Source of the DNA: Escherichia phage vB_VIPECOOM01
Direction: 5' to 3' (one strand)
Sequence record: OQ721909
DNA length: 64,000 nucleotides
Shown here: piece after piece, positions 58,378-64,000 of the stretch
How positions within the stretch are numbered: position 1 is the first letter of the stretch
Layout: the number at the start of each line of letters is the position of its first letter
Notes under the pieces: generated by a model
The model's input: the letters and a program-made list of their open reading frames with translations, nothing else
What the model was told of the DNA's origin: nothing
The model's database searches: none
Program-made: the position numbers and the translations under genes

Positions 58378-58385
58378 TATAAATA
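58378..58385 (+). promoter_or_regulatory. late promoter TATAAATA (gene 36)
   Basis: Exact TATAAATA 24 nt upstream of ATG, after gene 35 hairpin. Confidence 0.7.
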
Positions 58386-58408
58386 ATATTAAAATAAAGG
58401 GGCATATA

Positions 58409-59065
58409 ATGGCTGATTTAAAAGTAGGTTCAACTGTGGGTGGATCTGTCATTTGGCATCAAGGAAATTTTCCATTGAATTCAGCCGGTGACGATGTACT
58501 CTACAAATCATTTAAAATATATTCAGAATATAATAAACCGCAGGCAGCTGATAACGATTTCGTTTCTAAAGCTAATGGCGGTACGTATTTAAATAAAGTA
58601 ATTTTTAATAAAGGAATGACTGTTCCTGGTGCAGGGTCAGGTGACAATGGTATTTTTGCTGGTCCTGGTGATAATGCCACGTATGATACTACAAATATGG
58701 ATATTGTTTCGTGGTATGGTATTGGTTTTAAATCATCACAGGGTTCAGCGGGTAGAACTGTAGTAATTAACACGCGAAATGGAGATATTAGCTCAAAGGG
58801 TGTAATTGAAGCATCACAAATACGCGCAACTTCATTATCACCAGTAAATAATTATGACCTTACACGGAAAGATTATGTTGATGGAGCAATAAATATTGTT
58901 ACAGCAAACGCAAACTCTAGAGTATTACGCTCTGGAGACACTATGACAGGAAATTTGACTGCGCCAAACCTTTTTTCACAGAATCCTGCATCTCAACCTT
59001 CACATGTTCCACGATTTGATCAAATTGTTATTAAGGATTCTGTTCAAGATTTCGGCTATTATTAA
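58409..59065 (+). CDS. 36: long tail fibre distal connector gp36
   Basis: 218 aa; late promoter and hairpin upstream. Confidence 0.9.
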   Translation: MADLKVGSTVGGSVIWHQGNFPLNSAGDDVLYKSFKIYSEYNKPQAADNDFVSKANGGTYLNKVIFNKGMTVPGAGSGDNGIFAGPGDNATYDTTNMDIVSWYGIGFKSSQGSAGRTVVINTRNGDISSKGVIEASQIRATSLSPVNNYDLTRKDYVDGAINIVTANANSRVLRSGDTMTGNLTAPNLFSQNPASQPSHVPRFDQIVIKDSVQDFGYY

Positions 59066-59073
59066 GAGGACTT

Positions 59074-62022
59074 ATGGCTACTTTAAAACAAATACAATTT
59101 AAAAGAAGCAAAACCGCAGGTCAACTTCCTGCTGCTTCAGTATTAGCCGAAGGTGAATTGGCTATTAATTTAAAAGATAAAGCAATTTTCACAAAAGATG
59201 ATTCAGGCAATGTTATAGAATTAGGTTTAAAATATGGAGGAACAATTGATGGTTCTTTAACTGTTAATGGAAATATAACTGGAACTTTAATTGGAAATTC
59301 TAGCACAGCTACTAAATTGCAAACACCTAGGAAAATTAATGGTATATCCTTTGATGGGTCAAAAGATATCACGCTAACTCCATCTGACATAAATGTCAAT
59401 AGCACAACGTTTATAAAAAATAACGGCGAATTACCGGTTGATGCTAATTTAGATGAGTATGGGCCTGTTGAAGAATATCTTGGGGTTTGGTCGAAATCTA
59501 CTTCAACAAATGCGCAACCGGCAAATAAATTCCCAGAAGAAAATGCCGTAGGTGTACTAGAAGTATTTGTGGCCGGTCAATTTGCTGGTACTCAGAGATA
59601 TACTGTAAGATCTGGTAACGTATATGTTCGATCTTTGTCTGCTAAATGGAACGGTGTTAACGGTCCGTGGGGAGTTTGGCGTAATGTTCAAGCGTCAACT
59701 CGTCCACTTTCACAAACGATTGACCTTGATAGCTTGGGAGAATTAGAACATTGCGGCTTATGGCGAAATAGTTCAAGTGCTATTGCATCATTTGATCGCC
59801 ATTATCCAGAAGAAGGATCAGCCGCACAAGGATTTTTAGAAATATTTGAAGGTGGTTTATACACGAGAACGCAGCGATATACTACCCGCATGGGTATGGT
59901 TTATACTCGTTGTCTCGCTGCCGCATGGGATGCTAGCGCACCCAAGTGGGAGGAATGGAAGCAGGTTGGTCATGGCACACCAGCGACTTTTTATGATGGA
60001 GATCTGAATGATTTTAAAACTCCTGGGTTATATAATATTTTAGGCACTGATGCCGTTATTAATTGCCCTACAGGTGAAGGTTTACCAGCCGTTATTGTTG
60101 GTTTGCTAGAAGTTAAACAGCGTGCTTCTGGTGGTGCTATTTTCCAAAAATTTACTACTGCCGGAACGGGTGAAACTACTCGCGATCGTATTTTTGAGCG
60201 TGCATATACTGGTGGTGCGTGGGGTGCATGGAACGAAGTATATACATCTTATTCTCTGCCAATTACTTTGGGTATGGGTGGTATTAAAGCTCAATTATCG
60301 GAGTTAGATTGGCAAACCTTTGATTTTGTTCCTGGTAGTATGTTTAGCGTTCCTTTGAACAAAATAAAGAATATGCCAGCAAATATGGATTGGGGCACGA
60401 TTGATGGAAACCTGGTTATGTTTTCCGTTGGTCCTAGCGAACATACTGGCACAGGACGTACTGTTCAGGTTTGGCGTGGTACTGTATCCCAGACAAACTA
60501 CCGTTATTTTGTTGTGCGTATAGCTGGAAATCCAGGAAACAGGACTAACACTTGTCGCCGTGTTGTTCTTGAAGACGGATCACATACTTGGACTGCTCAA
60601 CAAAACTTTAGGGGATTGCTAAATATCACCGCTGATATTAATCTTGGTGCTAATAAGAAAATTTCAATTGCTCCGGGAGCATATATTCAAGGCCCTGCTA
60701 GCGGTTCTGGTTCAAATACTTACGCAAATCAGAATACTACTATTGCGCCATTATATCAGGCCATTGACGATTCAAATAAAAACCAGTTTGCTCCTATTGT
60801 AAAACAGAAAAACACTGTAACAAATATTACTATGGCTTCTGGTATGGATATTGCTAGTTCAGAATATCGTATCATTGCTCAAGGTGATTTATCCGCTACT
60901 GGAACTACAGCTAATGAATTAGCTACATGGCGTTTCTTGCCGTCTGGCCGATTCATGTCACAAAGTCGAGTTTATGCTGGCGCAGCATTCTTGAACACTG
61001 ATGGTAACATTGCTGGTTCAATCTGGAAGAAATACAACGATGCAACCAACTTAGACGCTGCTTTGAATACTCGCGTAGGTAAAAGCGGTGATATTATGAC
61101 CGGACGCTTGACAATTCAAAGCCCAGGTGATTCTATTGTATTATCAGCACCTGCTAGTAATTCTTTGCATATTCGTGGTGACGTAGACGGGACTGGTAAC
61201 TGGTATATTGGTAAGGGTGGTGATGATAATGGATTAGCGTTCTATAGTTATGCTACTAATGCTGGTGTATACATTACAAACGCAGGAGATATCACGCTAA
61301 GTCCAAAAGGCGTCGAAATGGCTCATGTCAATAACATTCGATTATATGTTCATGGTGAACGTTGGACCGCTAGTCAACCAGGTGATTGGGGCAACCAATG
61401 GCGAGTAGAAGCGCCAATATTCGTCGATCATGGTTATGTTGGATCAGATAGCTATTATCCAATTATTAAAGGAAGAAGTGTAGTCACCAATCAAGGGTTT
61501 GTAACTGCCGTCGATCTTGGTATTCGTCGTGTCCCTAATAATTGGGGACAAGCAATTATTCGTGTTGGATCTGCGGAGGCATCGCCAGCGGCTGGACACC
61601 CTAACGCGGTATTTGAATTTCATTACGACGGTACTTTCTATTCTCCTGGTAATGGTAACTTTAACGATGTGTATATTCGTTCCGATGGTCGACTTAAGAT
61701 CAATAAAGAAGAGTTAGAAAACGGAGCACTTGAAAAAGTATGCCGACTGAAGGTTTATACATACGATAAGGTTAAGTCTATTAAAGATCGTAGTGTTATT
61801 AAACGTGAAGTTGGTATTATTGCTCAGGATCTTGAAAAAGAATTACCGGAAGCTGTGTCTAAAGTTGAAGTTGATGGATCTGATGTTCTGACAATTTCTA
61901 ACTCCGCTGTGAATGCTCTTTTAATTAAGGCTATCCAAGAAATGAGCGAAGAAATTAAAGAATTAAAAACGCCTTTCTTCACTAAAATTGCTCGCAAAAT
62001 TAGTAATTATTTTAAATTCTAA
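59074..62022 (+). CDS. 37: long tail fibre distal subunit gp37 (with C-terminal intramolecular-chaperone-like domain)
   Basis: 982 aa; N-terminal '[22 protein letters not shown]' as T4 gp37; C-terminal 113 aa resemble an endosialidase-type auto-chaperone. Confidence 0.92.
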   Translation: MATLKQIQFKRSKTAGQLPAASVLAEGELAINLKDKAIFTKDDSGNVIELGLKYGGTIDGSLTVNGNITGTLIGNSSTATKLQTPRKINGISFDGSKDITLTPSDINVNSTTFIKNNGELPVDANLDEYGPVEEYLGVWSKSTSTNAQPANKFPEENAVGVLEVFVAGQFAGTQRYTVRSGNVYVRSLSAKWNGVNGPWGVWRNVQASTRPLSQTIDLDSLGELEHCGLWRNSSSAIASFDRHYPEEGSAAQGFLEIFEGGLYTRTQRYTTRMGMVYTRCLAAAWDASAPKWEEWKQVGHGTPATFYDGDLNDFKTPGLYNILGTDAVINCPTGEGLPAVIVGLLEVKQRASGGAIFQKFTTAGTGETTRDRIFERAYTGGAWGAWNEVYTSYSLPITLGMGGIKAQLSELDWQTFDFVPGSMFSVPLNKIKNMPANMDWGTIDGNLVMFSVGPSEHTGTGRTVQVWRGTVSQTNYRYFVVRIAGNPGNRTNTCRRVVLEDGSHTWTAQQNFRGLLNITADINLGANKKISIAPGAYIQGPASGSGSNTYANQNTTIAPLYQAIDDSNKNQFAPIVKQKNTVTNITMASGMDIASSEYRIIAQGDLSATGTTANELATWRFLPSGRFMSQSRVYAGAAFLNTDGNIAGSIWKKYNDATNLDAALNTRVGKSGDIMTGRLTIQSPGDSIVLSAPASNSLHIRGDVDGTGNWYIGKGGDDNGLAFYSYATNAGVYITNAGDITLSPKGVEMAHVNNIRLYVHGERWTASQPGDWGNQWRVEAPIFVDHGYVGSDSYYPIIKGRSVVTNQGFVTAVDLGIRRVPNNWGQAIIRVGSAEASPAAGHPNAVFEFHYDGTFYSPGNGNFNDVYIRSDGRLKINKEELENGALEKVCRLKVYTYDKVKSIKDRSVIKREVGIIAQDLEKELPEAVSKVEVDGSDVLTISNSAVNALLIKAIQEMSEEIKELKTPFFTKIARKISNYFKF

Positions 62023-62028
62023 CAACAA

Positions 62029-62041
62029 GGGGCTTTGCCCC
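62029..62041 (+). terminator. hairpin after gene 37
   Basis: ggggc-ttt-gcccc then 'tttgg'; short loop. Confidence 0.45.
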
Positions 62042-62054
62042 TTTGGAGAAAATT

Positions 62055-62855
62055 ATGGCAGTAGTTGGTGTTCCCGGTTGGATTGGAAGTTCATCTGTAA
62101 ATGAAACAGGACAACGATGGATGAGTCAAGCGGCTGGTCAATTAAGATTGGGTGTTCCTTGCTGGATGAGCCAATTCGCCGGACGCTCAAGAGAGATTAT
62201 TCATACCGTAACAGCAAACCATAACTTTAATGGTCAATGGTTCCGCGACCGTTGCTTTGAAGCTGGCGGTGCACCCATTGTATTCAATATTGTTGGTGAT
62301 ATCGTTTCTTATTCTAAAGATGTGCCACTTTTCTTTATGTATGGGGATACGCCTAATGAATATGTTGTTCTTAATATTCATGGCGGTGTTCATATGTGGG
62401 GTCGTGGTGGTAATGGTGGATACACTCACTCAGGAGGCGACGGTAACGGTACACAAGGCGGTCATGTTATTCAAAATGATATCGGTGGACGGCTTCGTAT
62501 TTGGAACTACGGTGTTATAGCTGCTGGCGGTGGTGGTGGTGGCGGTATTGCATATCGTCCACACTCAGGGGCAAACTGGCAAGATATCGGTGGCGGTGGC
62601 GGTCGACCTTTCGGTGGTGCTGGCGGTGGCGGTTATTCCGGTGGTGCTGCTTCGTATGAAGGTCCGGGTGGTGGTTATGACTATGGTAACGCACACTCCG
62701 GCGCAGGCGGTAATGCTGGTGCTGCTGGTCAGAATGCATGGTATGACGGCGGTAAAGTTCTTAAAGTTGGTGTTGGTGGTGCGTCTGGTCATGCAGTGTT
62801 TGGATCTTCTCCAACTTGGGGTGCTGTTGGAACAATTTACGGACCAAGAGTATAA
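62055..62855 (+). CDS. 38: gp38 receptor-binding adhesin, T2-type (glycine-rich motifs)
   Basis: ORF-track start 62043 is TTG; ATG 62055 gives 266 aa; C-terminal half has poly-Gly blocks (GGGGGGG, GGGGG, GGAGGGG) separated by short variable segments. Confidence 0.85.
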   Translation: MAVVGVPGWIGSSSVNETGQRWMSQAAGQLRLGVPCWMSQFAGRSREIIHTVTANHNFNGQWFRDRCFEAGGAPIVFNIVGDIVSYSKDVPLFFMYGDTPNEYVVLNIHGGVHMWGRGGNGGYTHSGGDGNGTQGGHVIQNDIGGRLRIWNYGVIAAGGGGGGGIAYRPHSGANWQDIGGGGGRPFGGAGGGGYSGGAASYEGPGGGYDYGNAHSGAGGNAGAAGQNAWYDGGKVLKVGVGGASGHAVFGSSPTWGAVGTIYGPRV

Positions 62856-62885
62856 TTTGAATAAATATCCTTAAAAGGAGGGTCT

Positions 62886-63542
62886 ATGGCAGCACCTAGA
62901 ATATCATTTTCGCCCTCTGATATTCTGTTGGGTGTTCTAGATCGCTTGTTCAAAGATAATGCTACCGGGAAAGTTCTTGCTTCCCGGGTAGCTGTCGTAA
63001 TTCTTTTGTTTATAATGGCGATTGTTTGGTATAGGGGAGATAGTTTCTTTGAGTACTATAAGCAATCAAAGTATGAAACATACAGTGAAATTATTGAAAA
63101 GGAAAGAAATGCACGCTTTGAATCTGTCGCCCTGGAACAACTCCAGATAGTTCATATATCATCTGAGGCAGACTTTAGTGCGGTGTATTCTTTCCGCCCT
63201 AAAAACTTAAACTATTTTGTTGATATTATAGCATATGAAGGAAAATTACCTTCAACAATAAGTGAAAAATCACTTGGAGGATATCCTGTTGATAAAACTA
63301 TGGATGAATATGCAGTTCATTTAAATGGACGTCATTATTATTCAAACTCAAAATTTGCTTTTTTACCAACTAAAAAGCCTACTCCCGAAATAAATTACAT
63401 GTACAGTTGTCCATATTTTAATTTGGATAATATCTATGCTGGAACAATAACCATGTACTGGTATAGAAATGATCATATAAGTAATGACCGCCTTGAATCA
63501 ATATGTGCTCAGGCGGCCAGAATATTAGGAAGGGCTAAATAA
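62886..63542 (+). CDS. t: holin T
   Basis: 218 aa; single N-terminal TM segment 'VAVVILLFIMAIVWY' and large periplasmic domain, as T4 T. Confidence 0.92.
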   Translation: MAAPRISFSPSDILLGVLDRLFKDNATGKVLASRVAVVILLFIMAIVWYRGDSFFEYYKQSKYETYSEIIEKERNARFESVALEQLQIVHISSEADFSAVYSFRPKNLNYFVDIIAYEGKLPSTISEKSLGGYPVDKTMDEYAVHLNGRHYYSNSKFAFLPTKKPTPEINYMYSCPYFNLDNIYAGTITMYWYRNDHISNDRLESICAQAARILGRAK

Positions 63543-63815
63543 TTATTTGTTTGTATACATCTCTAGATATCGATATACACCCTCAAAACCCTCGTTGAAT
63601 TCGTCGATGAGGGTTTTCTTATCTTCTTGAGTTAATTCAGAAACAATTTTACGGAATGAATTCTGATTTAACTTTCTACCTTCATGCGTTACTCCAATCT
63701 CATTCAGAAATGCAATAAAATTAGCACGATTCTCAACAATATCTTCTCTGGAAAATTTAATCAAAATAGACGCAACAGTAATAATTTCACGAACTGTATC
63801 AATATTTTTATTCAT
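63543..63815 (-). CDS. asiA: anti-sigma-70 factor AsiA
   Basis: 90 aa 'MNKNIDTVREIITVASILIKFSREDIVENRANFIAFLNEIGV...' matches recalled T4 AsiA. Confidence 0.9.
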   Translation of the reverse strand: MNKNIDTVREIITVASILIKFSREDIVENRANFIAFLNEIGVTHEGRKLNQNSFRKIVSELTQEDKKTLIDEFNEGFEGVYRYLEMYTNK

Positions 63816-63827
63816 TAACTATACCAC

Positions 63828-63980
63828 TCAATTAGTTGACTTTGTTATAATATCATCAGACGCTTGATTTGTAAACTGGTCTGTGGTATTTTCTTCAAAA
63901 ATTTTTTCTACGAATTCCTTGAACGACTCACGTTCCTGAGCTACATTATGCTCGATTACTTTTTCAAGATTATGACTCAT
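63828..63980 (-). CDS. small hypothetical ORF upstream of asiA (50 aa, not in ORF track)
   Basis: Hand-translated 'MSHNLEKVIEHNVAQERESFKEFVEKIFEENTTDQFTNQASDDIITKSTN*'. Confidence 0.3.
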   Translation of the reverse strand: MSHNLEKVIEHNVAQERESFKEFVEKIFEENTTDQFTNQASDDIITKSTN

Positions 63981-64000
63981 TCGAAATAATCTTCAATTTC

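Noticed and set aside
62515-62874. His-rich (minus) and Val-rich (plus) alternative-frame ORFs inside gene 38
   Set aside because: Generated by the GGT/GGC glycine codon repeats of the gp38 glycine-rich motifs read out of frame

Overview
This 64 kb window reads as one contiguous segment of a T4-like (T-even) myovirus genome, running from the 3' end of terminase small-subunit gene 16 to asiA. Most proteins match my recollection of T4 end-to-end, including the catalytic motifs; no database search was possible, so all identities rest on recall and motif reading. Plus-strand blocks carry late structural genes: 17-18-19-20-67-68-21-22-23-24 (packaging, tail sheath/tube, head), 51-27-28-29-48-54 (baseplate hub/tail) and 34-35-36-37-38-t (long tail fibre, adhesin, holin). 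Minus-strand blocks carry rnlB-24.x-hoc-inh, uvsY-25-26, and a roughly 29 kb early/middle region (alt.-3, two Alt paralogs, 30, 30.x, rIII, 31, cd, pseT, spanins, alc, rnlA, denA, nrdB, nrdA, td, frd, 32, 59, 33, dsbA, rnh). Several ORF-track starts use TTG/GTG and were moved to the in-frame ATG with a Shine-Dalgarno (genes 20, 38, td, rnh, denA, 33, 30.3, uvsW.1). Regulatory signals are readable directly: TATAAATA late promoters, MotA-box middle promoters, GTTTAC-type early promoters and GC-rich tetraloop hairpins. Departures from canonical T4 are mostly recalled from memory: continuous td and nrdB with no introns or seg genes, a T2-type glycine-rich gp38 adhesin with an auto-chaperone-like gp37 C-terminus, an intact second Alt paralog, a 68-aa ORF wedged between frd and td, and five rather than three small ORFs between frd and 32. 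No single clearly novel multi-gene system stands out; the best candidates for new biology are a NADAR/YbiA-like protein near the two Alt ADP-ribosyltransferases and the dyad symmetry embedded in the early promoters.
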